Shown in pieces: positions 1 through 12,947 of a stretch of 64,000 nucleotides of DNA. The position numbers and the translations under genes are program-made. Position 1 is the stretch's first letter, and each line of letters opens with the position of its first letter. The notes below the pieces were generated by a model. That model was given only the letters and a program-made list of their open reading frames with translations, had not been told where the DNA came from and searched no databases. Source of the stretch: Nageia nagi (taxonomy: Eukaryota > Plantae > Pinophyta); assembly GCA_050084985.1 (NCBI GenBank), contig JBITNC010000001.1:165540001-165604000 (forward strand), given 5' to 3'.

Positions 1-1033
1 TTTGGTAGTGACATTTATATTTGGTCTGACTTTTAAGTGCCACTTGCATCGATTCATGTGAACAATCTGATTTTGTATTGGTTTGTGTGTTTGTGTGTGT
101 GCACACCATATCAAATTTGATGCCTTTAGGGCTACACTTCTAGTGGCCTAGTTATACCCCATCATGGTCATTTAGAAGAAGATTTTGCATTTGGGATTTT
201 TGCATGACATTATGCATTTTTGCATATGTGAGACTCTACACTTAATAAAAATATTGCATATTGAGGATCTTGCATTTTGGGATGTTGGCTACAAGCTTTT
301 GTATGTGTAAGAATTTTTGAGTTGTTGCATCTGTTATAACTGAGGTTTATTGTATTTCATATGAATGCAACGAGGTTTTTCTACATATGTTTGGGTTGTT
401 GCATCCTTAAGCTTTTACATTTTGTTGCATAGAGGTTCATTGCATAAGGGGTTTCTATGCATGTTCATCATTGAATATCATCATGAATGTATTTCTTTTG
501 AGGAATGAGATTATAAAGTTAATACTATGAAGGATGTCATTTGTGGGATCATGCATATTTGAATAGCTTTTCTCTTGGAGTTACGTATTGAATATTGATT
601 GAAGTGGTTTGAGTTGTTCTTTGCATGGTTTGCATGTAAGTGAATGTATTATGAGGCTCATAACTTATCTTTATACCATTCGGTTAGGTTTTTGTGCTCA
701 CACCCTCACTTCATTTATTTCTCCCCATTGAGTCTTCCACCAAAGACCCCACAACTTCTTGCTCTCGTCTGGTAGTGATTTGAGTATATTTTGCTATTTT
801 CTTCCTGGCTTGATAGTGAGTACATTGACCTTAATGAATCTGAAGATGACCTGCCGAGACACTGCATCACTGGTGATACCTTCATAAGTTCATTTTTACT
901 TGTATTCCTTTGCATTTATCCTTGTGTTTTGTCCCTGCATTTGTGATCTTTCTTCTCATTTGTTCACATTTGTAGTCTTTCCTCATTGTGAAGAAGAATT
1001 CTGAAGTTGTATTTCCCTTGTATACGGTTAACA
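1..1033 (+). mobile_element. Probable distal part of an LTR, ending ...TATACGGTTAACA
   Basis: T-rich non-coding sequence ending in an LTR-like ...AACA terminus at 1033, followed shortly by LINE-like sequence. No partner LTR in the window. Confidence 0.4.
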
Positions 1034-1129
1034 ACATGCATCTCTGACTACTATGCCTTCAAGACCATATTCCATGTGAGCGCTTGGGGTAACCAGTCCT
1101 TTCAGGCGGAAACAAGTAACAATGTTTCC

Positions 1130-2400
1130 TCTAAGTCTTGTGCATGTTTTGGACTAGGAAAGAAAAACATACCAACAAATGGGTCTTTTCTGGATCCCTA
1201 GGAATGTGAACCAACAAATTAAAACCCTCATGCGGAACTTTCCATGGTGTGGCAACTCAAAGGAAAGGAAAACCCACCTAGTACCCAAGTAGACTGTTTG
1301 TTCAGACTTGGAATTGGGAGGTTTGGGCATCAAAACTATTTGTATCATGACTATTGCCTTAATTGGCAGGCTAGAATGGCAGTGCTACAAACAATCTGAC
1401 TCCCGATGGAGCCAAGCATTTAGATCCAAATACTTAGATCACTTTTCTCCCCATAGAATTTTCACAGCAGTAAATCTTCCTTTCGATTCTATGATTTGGA
1501 ATGGATGAGGAAGGCCAGGGACCATATATCACATCTCTTGAAATGGGTCACTTTTGGAAAGATACATGGCTGTCAACAACGCCGCTAGCATAGTTAAACA
1601 AGTTCAAGTAGCTGCAAAACTTGCTCATCCAAATAAGAGGAGAACATTTTGTTGATTACATAGAATGGAGCAATGTTGATGGCCGACTGTTACCAAAATG
1701 GCGCAGTCTTGACATAATTCCTGAAGATCTTAGCGCTGAACAAAAGGCTCTAGAGTCCATGTTACTACTTTATAAGCTTACGCCAGATGAAGAAGACCAC
1801 CTCATCTAGGCCCCAACTTCGATGAGAGACTATACAGTTAGATCAGCGTACACCAATCTGGCTCCCCCTCTTCCTCCAGCTTGGCCTCTTATTGTTTGAA
1901 ACAAAATATGGAAATCAAAAGACTGGCACAAGGCCAGTTTCTTCTTACGGGCTGCCACACAGCAAATTCCTCTCCAACAAGCAATTATTCAAGAGAGGTT
2001 GGCCTGAGATTTTATGATGCGTTTTGTATAAAGAATCAGCTGAGATGGGCTCTCATCTACTCCTTCAGTGCCTTTTTTTTTTTGAAATTTGGGGTCATTT
2101 TTGTTGGGAAGGAAATCTTTCCTCTAACTAAGATCGTCAAAAAGATGATAAATGGGAAAGCAACCAGCATTTAGGTGAGATGGTGTTACCTATCCCTTCT
2201 TGTAAGGACTGATACCCCAAGGTTTCTGAATTCAGAGTTGCAAAAATGCTCTTCTTTTGCATGGCCATCTGCAGTCCTTCATTCTTTAAGATATCCAGCA
2301 TGAGAAACTTTGAATCCTTGTTTTTTATGTTTGGCAATGCACTTTGGTCAAAAGGATGCAATCTTGGAGGTAGGCACTATTTTTCTTGGTTTGATATCTT
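1130..2400 (+). pseudogene. Degraded plant L1 LINE ORF2 (post-RT region plus zf-RVT)
   Basis: Reads FWIPRNVNQQIKTLMRNFPWCGNSKERKTHLV..TVCSDLELGGLGIK..ALIGRLEWQC..SRWSQAFRSKY, the typical L1 'VCxPKxxGGLGI..ALLxKxxW..W..KY' block. It continues DHLI*APTSMRDYTVRSAY and IWKSK..KASFFL..CVL..ES..HLLLQC (zf-RVT-like). Many stops and frameshifts. Confidence 0.8.
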
Positions 2401-2453
2401 TTCCTCAAAAATGCTCAAAAAATGTAAGCTTTGTGGAGAAGAGTGGAGTGTAA

Positions 2454-3958
2454 TGTGATATCCCCAGTTTTATGGTCTTTTCCCCATTTCACCCATGATA
2501 AATGGGAACATTAGATTAGGAGTATATTTATTTAATTTTAGCAATTAAGTTGATTTGTAGCCCAATTATTGTAAGTTTCACTTGGAGAGTAATTAATTAC
2601 TCCAATTATGGGACATTGGGGTCTATTTTAGCTTGCTAGGTATTATTTTATATTTAATTATTCTAATAATTATGTAATCAAAATACCAAGGCTAATTATT
2701 AATAGTAAATGCAATATTAGTCACCTAATTTGGGACGTTGCATATTTAGAGCTTTGATGAATGTAAATTGGCATTAATGGGCCTCTATTGTATTTATTGC
2801 ATCCCTTTTGAGGTAGAGCATGAACTATGGTGATTTCACTCATCACGAGGCACAAGAAGACAATCTGGCTTGGACATGGCACATTTAGAGAGATATTTGT
2901 CATCCCAAGGCATGGAGAGGCTCCCACACCCAGACGTTGGGCTTATGAGGAGGATTGGACCCCATGTTGAGCATTTGGGAATCCCAAGACACCCACGTCT
3001 CACCTTGGAGGCTTGCTAGCTTATGGCATTGACACTGAGGCGCATGGAAGTCCCTACTTACCCAACATTGGCATTCTAGGCCCTTAGATGTGATAACACT
3101 CATCTCAAGGCATCTCATTTTAGGTGTTGGATATATGAGCACACAGCTCACCTTTGTACACCGTTGGATCAATCCCAACGCATGATTAGAAGATAAGCTA
3201 CCTCTCTTATTTAAGGAGAACTCCCAAAAGACCAAAGGCATGTTATGATTATTACTTCTTTTTCTTGGTTCGAGCTCTACTCTTTTGGGATTCCACATCT
3301 TCGGAGTGACGTACCTATAGAGGGGTGCAATATAGAACTTATGTGGGCACACACTTGGGGGTTGGCGCAACCCAAGTTGTAGCTAGCTATTTGAGAGGTG
3401 TTGACATTACCCTCGGATTAATAGAATACTACTAGTGGATCTCTGAGATTCCACCACAGCTGTTGGAGGAAGCCCTAGTGCAAGCCTTGCCACACTACGG
3501 ATCTAAGCCCTGGTGCATCAGTCTTCTTTGGTTAATTTCTATAATTGTGATTCCATCACTTCCATTATTTGAATACAATTGCATATTGGCCATTATATTG
3601 TTATTTGCTTATTGTTTATGGTGATTGTCTCTCATTGCTTGGCATTAGACTATTAAGGGCATGATTGTGGTGACTATATGAGGATTAGTTTCCATAAGTG
3701 AGATGTTGAGCTTGTTGCATGAGATCTAGCCTTTAGCACCTAGGCGTTGGGTATTTTTCAGATTGTTTGCTTTGTTCATGATCCATATTGCTATACGTTG
3801 GTGTATTTGCATTATTTGAAGCTTAATTGATGAGATCTGGAGTTTGGGAGACCAACATCCCTCTCCTAGGGCACGTTTGGTGGTTTTGCTTGCTATTCGG
3901 ATTCCAGACTTGAGGGATTTAGGCGAAATCCCATTAAGCACATTTTAGGCTCATCACA
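2454..3958 (+). repeat. 5' LTR (~1.5 kb)
   Basis: TG...CA termini, PBS immediately downstream, first ~180 bp repeated at 6708-6886. Confidence 0.8.
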
Positions 3959-5568
3959 ATGGTATCAAAGCCAAGATCTTGCCATCCTGTTGGGTTAGAT
4001 CTTGGAAAGTTTTTCATTTGCTGAAGAGGGGAATTCGAAGAAGATTATTTGGAGTTGATTCTAAAAGGAGTTTGAAGGAGATCTCTTTGTCCTGTTGGAG
4101 AGAAGTTGCTGAATAGATCTTGTAGTCCTACTAGAAGATTTTGAAGAGGTGAAGAAAACCTGACATCACATCACAATGGTATTATCCTGGAGTTAAAGTG
4201 GTATTGAGAGAAGTGAAGGATTGAGGAGATATGGAGGTAAAGAGAGCATTTCGACATCTGGATTGAGTTTGTTTGGACACTAGGAGGCTGACGTTGAGTT
4301 GTGGACATCATATTTGTTGGATCTAGACACTTGGAAGCCTATGTTGGAGGTCTAGGAGATTGGATCTCACCTTATAGCAGTTCGTTGGACCTAGTTTGAT
4401 CACATTTTCCGGAATGCAAGGCTCTTAAGGAGGTCTTCTAGCTTGGTGAGTAATTATTTTCAGAATTTTGCATCTTTTCCATTAAATTCAAGGTTCGTTT
4501 TGCTTGGATCTGAGTTTTAAGGAGGAAAAAGGGAGTTCGTTTTGAGCTGAGGAGGCCTAGATCTGAGGTAATTGACATTGCATGAGGATCATCTAGCCAT
4601 TTTGGAGCTGAATTTGGTTTTTGAGGCCATTTGGAGGATCATTTGGCTTATAGGAGTGTCAAATTGAAAAATTTGACACATTTTTACCTTGATATCTACA
4701 TAATGGAGGCATACGAAGAAATGTTGGTCCTTAGGAAGGCTTAATTTGCTATGGATCCGAGAAATTTGGTCATTGGAGCTTGGACATTTGGCATTTTGGT
4801 GGACATTATTCATATTTTGTATCAGTTCCAATGATTACAGGCATTTGTGTGTGAACGTTGAGCCTAAAGGAGGAATAGTTAGAATCAAAGTTGATTTTTA
4901 GGCCCATAATGCATAGGAATGATTAATTTGGCACCTAGACTGGATCATCCCACCGTGGAAGGAATTAAAATTCAGGTTTGAGTAATTTTAAGTATGCAAT
5001 TTAAACTTCAAGCTTGGACTAAGGAAGAAAAATAAATTTATTTAGAAAATTAAAATTTAATTTGAAAAGCAAATTAAATTAGGAGTGATAAGGTATTTTA
5101 TTTTGTGTTTGAAAATTTGAATTTTGGAGGGAAAGCAAGATGCAAATGTGAAAAGCAAAATTCAAATATTTTTAAGACTATATAACCAAACGTTGGAGTA
5201 AAAGGAAAGCATACCAATTTTGAAGAGCAAAAATTTGAAATTTGAGTGTAGAGGCAATTCGTTTGGAAATTGAGGAGCTTGGAGGTAAACGTTGAGCATC
5301 AAGATAGCTAGGAAACCTGCGTTTAGCATCTTAGTGACTGGAAGGCATGTACTGAACACCTAAGAGGCAATTAAGCACCAAAGATCAGTCGTGGTTCTTG
5401 AAAGCAAATTATCAGGCTTGAGCTAGTTTGTTGGGTCCAAGGAGACAGAATATTGAGCTTCAAGAAGATGTTCAAAACAAATTTCGACCTCAAAATCCAT
5501 CTGAGAACAATTCGTCCATTAAAAGAGAGCAATTCAATTAATAAGTAGAAAATTCTAGCCTTATCTTC

Positions 5569-6700
5569 ATGGCAACCTCTAACTCTATGAGGAACAAAGG
5601 AGACCAAATTCCAATTCCACTGGAGTTCAATGTCCTATTCCAAGATTACTCCTCACTTCCTCAAAATTACAAAGGAACTCACATATTTCGGGATTTACTA
5701 GAATACTTGGGATTCAACATTAAAGGAGAAGCAATTTCCTCAACATCATCCGAGCGTGTTAAAGCAGAGAGAGCTCCAAGGTCTACAGATAGAAAACTGA
5801 AAAAGGATATATGGTTAGGAAATGCTGAAAGATTTACTACCAACAATACAGGGTGGAACATAAACGAAGGACACCAGACTTACTTCCATTGTAAGGCACC
5901 ATGGGAGACGAACCATCTTTGCAAACACCCATATTTTCCCTTTCACACAGAAGTAGGAGGGTGAAGTAAAAAGCAGAAGACTAACTACCCAAATCCATGT
6001 ATTTCTTTCCACCACAGAACCAATCGGAAATTGGAGAACATGATCAAAATGATGAAACAAATAGCAGTCAAAATGAGCGAGATGGAAGCACCTCCAAAGG
6101 AAATTAAGGACGAACCACATGTCATACCTTCTCACCAAATGATGGCTCTGGATTGTGTTGTGCAGGAATATCAAGCAAAAACCAAAGCTTTCAAAGAAAT
6201 AGTCCCTTTCCCTACTTACTGGAAAAGAAAAAACAAAATGAGGTTCTAGAAGACTTGCTGATTTGCCAGAAGAACCAGGTAATACTCCAAGATTACGAAA
6301 TGGAGTTTGATAAAAAAAGGAGAGATCATGCCACAAGGTTTCCAAAGGCAAGGACAACCGAAATGCAAGATATTTTTGAACCATGCCACATCAAGTCCTT
6401 GAAGAATCTTGTTGAGGACTAAGGCCTCACAAAAGATAACCATCAAAAAGAGTACACATCAATCAAAATGGAAAAGATGGTATGGCAGAAAAATAAATTT
6501 GTTGATGAAGGGCTACCTAAGGAACCAAAGTTTGTAGACTCAAAACATGTTCCATGGACAGAAGATGAAGTTAAGCCAGAGTTTGTTGATTCTAGCTTCG
6601 CCACAAAGACCAGCTATGAGGAAGACAAAGAAGAGGATCATGAGGACTTTGTTGCAGCTAATGATGTTCCGAATTACTTAGGGGCAAGCAATTTGGGAGG
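5569..6700 (+). pseudogene. gag: Internally deleted gag remnant plus unknown C-terminal region
   Basis: PIPLEFNVLFQDYSSLP..FRDLLEYLG resembles SSPLELNKHHRDYNLL..FNRYLELLG in the gag at ~21.0 kb. YFHCKAPWETNHLC is a degenerate zinc knuckle resembling CFHCKKKWEPGHCC at ~20.2 kb. Confidence 0.55.
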
Positions 6701-6889
6701 GCGGAATTGTAATGTCCCCATTTTTATGGTGTTTTCCCCATTTCACCTCTAATAAATGGAAACATTAGATTAGGAGTATTTTTATTTAAATTTAGCAATT
6801 TAGTGGATTTTTAGCTCAATTATTGTAAGTTCCACTTGAAGAGTAATTAATTACTCCAATTATGGGACGTTGGGCCTATTTTAGCTAGG

Positions 6890-9800
6890 GGACTTAGTTA
6901 ATTGTTGCAAGGTATTTTCTCCTCCAAGGTTGATCACACAGTTTTACAAAGACACACTTGCATCTTTTTGGAGAGGTGTGACCACCACCTTTTGCATGAA
7001 AATTGGTTGACACATGTTCATTGACCATCCTCTCATCCTATAGCATGGTGACACCTGTCACGTCCCAATTATAAAAGCCTTGCAATAGTCATAACTTTGC
7101 ATTGATCATTTCAAATGAATATGGTCACATGATTTTCAGGAGATAAGATTTCATCTTTTGAAGGTGGTGCACTCATTAAGTTGGAAGCCTTAGCCAATGT
7201 TAGTCAAGTCAATTTACCTTATCATCCGATCGCATGGCTTCTAGAAGTTACTTGTGTATCTTTGTTTTAAGGTGCACCTCACATGAGCATTAAAAGAGTT
7301 AAGCCTTGTGTTAAGTAACCCTTGGGGGGGCACACTTAAATGCATAATAGAGTTTAGTTTCTTCTCATTAAGTCGTCCATTGTTTCCGTTTACATGTCAT
7401 CCCTCCATTTTGTCCTAGCCATGTTCCATAGAGTCAACTTTCCCCACCATCTCACCTGGTCGTACCATCCATTCAAGTTGCAAAGTTAACATCTAAATTG
7501 GGTGCGACCAAAGACTTTTGAGCATTAATTCAAGTTTCCATATTAAGTTGGGTCCCACAAGATGGCTAAGGGAGACATATGCATGCACATTGTATTAATT
7601 GATTAAAGCACAAATTCTAGATGTTGTATGCATCAAGGAAGGTCAACCATCTTTCGTCGTGAACATTAAATTCCGAATTTGTCTACATTAGTACATCACC
7701 TTCATCGTCTTAACCGCAAGTATACAGGCTTGCCAGGCACCGTACATCTCATTATCCCACTTGCATCACTCCCTATTGCGTTTATCAGTCAGTCCAATCA
7801 TCCACTAACTTGGTTTGCCTTTGCAAGTTTAAGATGTCAAAGAGCAATTCCAGGTTGAGAAAGACTTGAAAGCTCCAGCTAGCTAGACTGACTGAGCTAA
7901 GTAAAATAGAGTTTGCTAAGGAAAATCCCGAGAATCCATTGGAGGCCAAGTTCAAAAATAACCTTTTGAAAATCCAAGACACTTATTGGTCTTACACAAA
8001 TCCTAGTCGAACGTTACAATCTATTAGCGGGCTGGAGAAAAATCAAGTGCTTAATGAAGTGATTTGCACTGTTGGATTGGCTACTGCCACCCTATTCCTG
8101 TTTGCTACATCTTTTCCTGAACTGTGTTGTGAAGTAGGCAAGCATGCCAACTTCAAAGACTACGCCCTTTATGACACCAATGGCAACAAGATCCTCGATT
8201 TCTCTCCTGAAGGTATTGATGAAGCTTTCAAATGGAGTGGCAAAGGGGTCATCTACACTAAAAGAGACTCCTTGGATTACTATCAAAAGTCTCAACAAGA
8301 TAGGGATCTTATCCCAGACTAGCTCGAAAATGAAAGCAAGGAGTTCACCAAAAATAAGTTGATCAATGCAAAGAGGCAGCATTTCTATCCCACCATCTTG
8401 AAAATCATCAATATGTTGTCTCAGGTCACTGGTAAGGAGGACGACCTCAAGTTCAAAAAAGAATTCACTGGTTTCATTGCAATAATCAGGAATAGGCAAA
8501 AGATCAAGTGAAGTAAGGTGATCAGTGACTCCCTTCTTCAGCAGTTGGCTCATATTGGCACATCCAAGAGATTTTAAATGAATTCTTATCTAGTTTATCT
8601 CATCATCCACGACAAGAATAGAAGATCGGCACATGCAACCATGGATATTTTGAACAATCCTACAAAGCATGTATGGAGAACCTATCCCAAATGGTGGTTG
8701 GAATCTAGATGGGAGAATTATGCCATGAGAAATGATGGATGGGAATATCAGCTCTACAAGGAGATCAAAGGCAGGCAAATGGTGAAAAAGATATTTGATT
8801 ATACTGTGGAAGCCATCAGGGGGCATGCGGATTTCTTCTTGGAAGACCTTGCACATACATACATTCAGGTCTATGGCTCTGATATCAAGCCTTATCTTCT
8901 GCAGGCAATTGTTATTCATGTATGAGAATGTATGGAAGAAGAAGGATGCCAACGTGAATCTCCCTATTTTCATCGGGGAGTACACTTGTTCTGCCTGTCA
9001 GGAAGCCAAAGAAATGAAAAATGTATTGTCTTATTATCACTTTGGTGAGGAATAGGCAACCTCCCACTGTGAACCCCAAGGAAGAATCTAAGCCTTCTAT
9101 AGGCAAGCTTTCAGAAACCTAGTTACTTATGAGCACCGACCTCTAGGTGACAAGGAGAGATATCGGAACAAAAGGGAAGAAAAACAAATTCAATAGGTGC
9201 ATCAATTACTAGTAGCCGAGGGCCGAATCCATAGGAGAATCCAAAGTTTGAATAAGCCTCAAATGGCTTTAGCTAAGAAATCTACCTCCCAACAACAGTA
9301 AGAAGGCGCCAAGGGAGAACAAGCAAACATGCTACCTTGGGAGGCTCTAGACCAAAAATCCATTCTGTCATCAAGGAGATTACTAGAGATGTCCAAGTCA
9401 TGGCAGAAACGGGGTATCCTGACTTCCCATTTCAGCAACTCAAGGATGCTACCCCAAAGGACGTCCCCATGGTGTCAATAATGCCAATTAGAGCTGAGAA
9501 TCCCTTGGCTTGATGCCTGCAGAAGACCATGTAGAAATCGAGTTCTCTGAGCCAATTGAGACAAAATTCCCATACGGAAGATCAAAATATTCCTGTTGCA
9601 AACCAACCTAGAGAGCCTAACTCACCTCACTATTCAAGTTCTTCAGATTCTGAGACATCTTTTGAATCTTTTGGCTCATTCGAGTCTAGTTCAAGTGAAG
9701 AAGGAGAAGATACTAAAAGGGAACATAAGGATGATAAAGACTCGCAGCTTGACACAGAAGACACCTAGATGGTAGACATTGAAGGCGAGTCTAAGGCTGA

Positions 9801-12491
9801 AATAGCCAATGAGACTTTACCAGCAAGATCAATGTCTACGAAACAGGTTGCTTCCTTTGAGTCCACCTCTCCGAGAAGGAAAAGGAGGTATTCACCCAAG
9901 AAGGAAGTCCCTAAGGCGACCCCAGCAAGCCTTCAAACTTGAGTAAGACCCCTACAAAAGGAGGAGATGAGGAAGATGGAGGCGATAATGAAGAGCAAAG
10001 AAAGAAGAGGAAGCAGTTAGAACACGGTAACCAAAAACCATTGAAAATCAAGGAGAAGCTAGTTGAAGTTAAAAACCAACAGTTAAGAATCGAGGAGATC
10101 CCCAAGAAGCTTACTCCCACAAACATAGATACCACTATGGCCAACATTGCGTCACGTTCTGGTCCCCAGAAGCGGTATGATTTTGATATTGACGCAATCA
10201 TCAAGGACCTACAAATGAGCTATCACAGTGATGACGAAGAATCCAACCAGAGAATGGACAACGCTTTCGAGGACTCCTCGATTGAAGAGCTTGACACCTT
10301 CGTCTTCATGAAAAAGGATATGATGACCATTAATAGATGTTATTCGAAAAAAGAAGCATCCACAAGGTTTACAAGATGTGCGGGTCCACACTGAGAAGTT
10401 CAAAGTCAAGAAGATTGGATGGGTTAGGCAAAAGCATGCCATCAATTATAACGTGGATGAGATGGTCAACCAAGGCATTGAGAGGGAACATAAGATCAAA
10501 GAATTAAAAAAAGAGTTGGCTGGCAAAAACAAACTCGTGAAAAAGATAGAAGCTGCTAAGATGTTCGTTGAAGATGTCAAGTTACAGGCCTCCTTGAACA
10601 TGGGTGTAACGGCAACTAAAGAAGCCCTAGTGAATGGCATAATGAGGATAGTCAATGAGCTCGTGCTCTGGATGAATTCCCTCATAGACGAGCAAAAGGC
10701 AAAAGAGAATATGACCGCAACTGTTTCTCAGTTGTTGCAAACTTTCTAGAATCACAAACAAACTATTTAGAATTTGAAGAGAATGTCTGTAGGGCAAGCG
10801 GATTGGATACAATACTGCCAGGAATTCGCCTACCATTTGCGTTGGCTAAGGTTTGTGGTAGGAGAATGCGTCAACCTAACCAAGATGAGGACCGATTTGT
10901 TATTCAACCTAACCTTCCAGATGAGTCAGTTCGTCTGGCCAATTGGGTTTTATTAATGAAGATGGTAGCGCAAGGAGAGTTGAGCTTGTGGCCCAAGAAT
11001 TCCAGAACATCGTTCAAGAGCTCATCTTCACCAAGGACATGAATTTGTTGAATGTGGGAATGCACATTGAGAACCAACAATGATTGGTCATTTGGAAATT
11101 CCAGATGGAATGCACCTCTTGCTACATTCTGGATTTCCATAATAGGAAGGATGAAAATCTGCAAGGTGCACTCACTGTAGGACTCAAAGGCGAAGGCCTT
11201 TTTCGAGGATAGGTCTCATGGGATTTTTGATGAGGTCTTCGTTGCCGCTTGTGGTGAAGTTGTCGGTCCCACTAATGAATAATGGAAAATGGATATTTTA
11301 TTTAAATATTCCTGATCAGCTACTTTTTAAGACAATTATTATTATGACTTGCGTTGTAACAGATGAGTTTTTGCTCCCACAACTGCAAGAGAACTTGATG
11401 ATGTGATGTAACATTGATGTGTTGTTTGAGTGGTATTGTGTAGCTGTAGTTTTGTTTTGTTAATGGTTTTATTTTAGAAAGCAATATTAGGGTTGCTTTT
11501 GTTGTTTTAGGGAAACACTGCAATTAATATTAGGGCAACACTTCATTTAATGTGGTTGTCAGACATTATGCTATAAGTAGCCTAGTTGGGCCATTTCTAA
11601 GAGAGCCCTTAAATTTTGTGACAAAGTTCTATGCTTGTTAGAAGGAGTTTCATTTTGAGGAAAGATTGAATGCAAAACTTTTGGGAGCATTTTGGAGTTG
11701 AGGTTTCCAATTGTATGTATGATCTATCATTTTGGGAAACATTGTTATTAATGCAAGTGATGCTTTTCATTTCATGGAATTATGGATTTGTAGATAACAT
11801 GCTAGTTATCTTGTTGTGTTATTTATAAATTTATGAGCATTTTCTTTGAAAGTCCAGCACTTTAAGAAAAGTTGGTTGAATATCTTTCTTAAGTGTATGA
11901 ATGGCCGTTTCCATGATTTGCATAAAGTTGTGTTATTTTGGGTTACTTTGCTCTTATGTCATTTGATTAGAATCATCCACTGGAACATAGACAAACGAAT
12001 GCTCCACTCCTTTCCTTTTATCCACCCTGACTATTGTCTCATGCTCTTGATTGGGAGTGATCTGAACCCAATCATTTCCTTCCTTGCTTGATAACCCAAA
12101 TGGAAATTCTTAATAAATCCGAGAGATAAAAGCCCCAAACCCTACATAGCGACGAAAATCTATCACTTATCTTACCATCATCTACCAACCATTCCCATAT
12201 CTCTTCCTCATATTCCTTTTGCTTTAGTGTAATTTCACGTGAACATTAGTTGAGATAAAGCCCAATAGGTTCGTATAATTGTGAGCTAACCATCCTTGAG
12301 CGCATCCTCACCTGAACCATCGTGCAAACGATAAACCACCATTGCTTAAAACATGTTATATCTCAAAGTTAAAACTTGTTATATCTTAAAGAAAACCTTG
12401 GGGTTAAAGTCTTTTCAAGTGGGGTAAGTAACGCTACTCCAACCTCAAGCAGTGTTCTTTCCCGCAAGGGGGAAAAGAATACACGTCAACA
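6890..12491 (+). mobile_element. 3' fragment of an LTR retrotransposon with a long accessory (env-position) ORF and putative 3' LTR (~11261-12491)
   Basis: Long decayed sense ORF followed by TGTCGG (11261) ... GTCAACA (12491), with a TATA-like GCTATAAGTAG at ~11570. No gag/pol or 5' LTR visible. Confidence 0.5.
7834..11200 (+). pseudogene. Degraded ~1100-codon retrotransposon accessory ORF (globular N-terminus, acidic/Ser-rich middle, coiled-coil C-terminus)
   Basis: The ATG at 7834 is in the same frame as ORFs 7939-8322 and 8578-8925, interrupted only by point stops. Motifs FPELCCE..DFSPEGIDEAF, VISDSLLQQL..F*MNSYLVY and YIQVYGSDIKPYLL. Later pieces at 9556-9768 (acidic), 9939-10394 and 10378-10749 (heptad-like). 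Confidence 0.6.
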
Positions 12492-12492
12492 C

Positions 12493-12947
12493 CATAGAAT
12501 AAAAAAACTATTTTTTGAAAATACAGCTCGTGGCTAAACACGTAAAAACAAAAAAAAATAGTCAAAGTGCAGTGAATACGGCAAAAATCGTGGGTTTTAA
12601 AATTCGTGAATAAAGAAAAAATGCCAAAAAACAGGAAAAGTTTGTGACAAAAAAATTGGCTAATTTGAGGAAAAACGTAAAAAAGGCCAAAAAACAACGG
12701 GTACGTCAAGTACAGAAAAACTTGTATTTTTTTTTATTTTTTGGACGTTTAAAAGGGAAAAATGGCAAATACGAAAAATATGGGAAAAAACAGCCACGTT
12801 TTCAACGTTTTTTGCCCCTTTTTTGCACGTTTAAACGACCATTTTTTGCTAGTAAAAAATAACATTTTTTGTGTTTTTTGAGGGAAAGTACAGATTTTTT
12901 AGAAAAACGGCATTTTTTGCGTTTAAACTACGATTTTTTATTCTATG
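12493..12947. mobile_element. hAT-family MITE (455 bp)
   Basis: 14-bp perfect TIRs CATAGAATAAAAAA / TTTTTTATTCTATG. 8-bp TSD GTCAACAC (12485-12492) / ATCAACAC (12948-12955) with one mismatch. Many AAACG-type subterminal motifs. Confidence 0.85.

Larger units (their letters stand above)
2454..6886 (+). mobile_element. Non-autonomous Gypsy-derived LTR element, 3' LTR truncated
   Basis: 5' LTR TGTGATATCCCC..CATCACA (2454-3958) and iMet PBS TGGTATCAAAGCC (3960-3972). PPT GGGAGGGCGGAA precedes the 3' LTR start TGTAATGTCCCC at 6708, which matches the first ~180 bp of the 5' LTR before homology stops. No pol. Confidence 0.8.
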
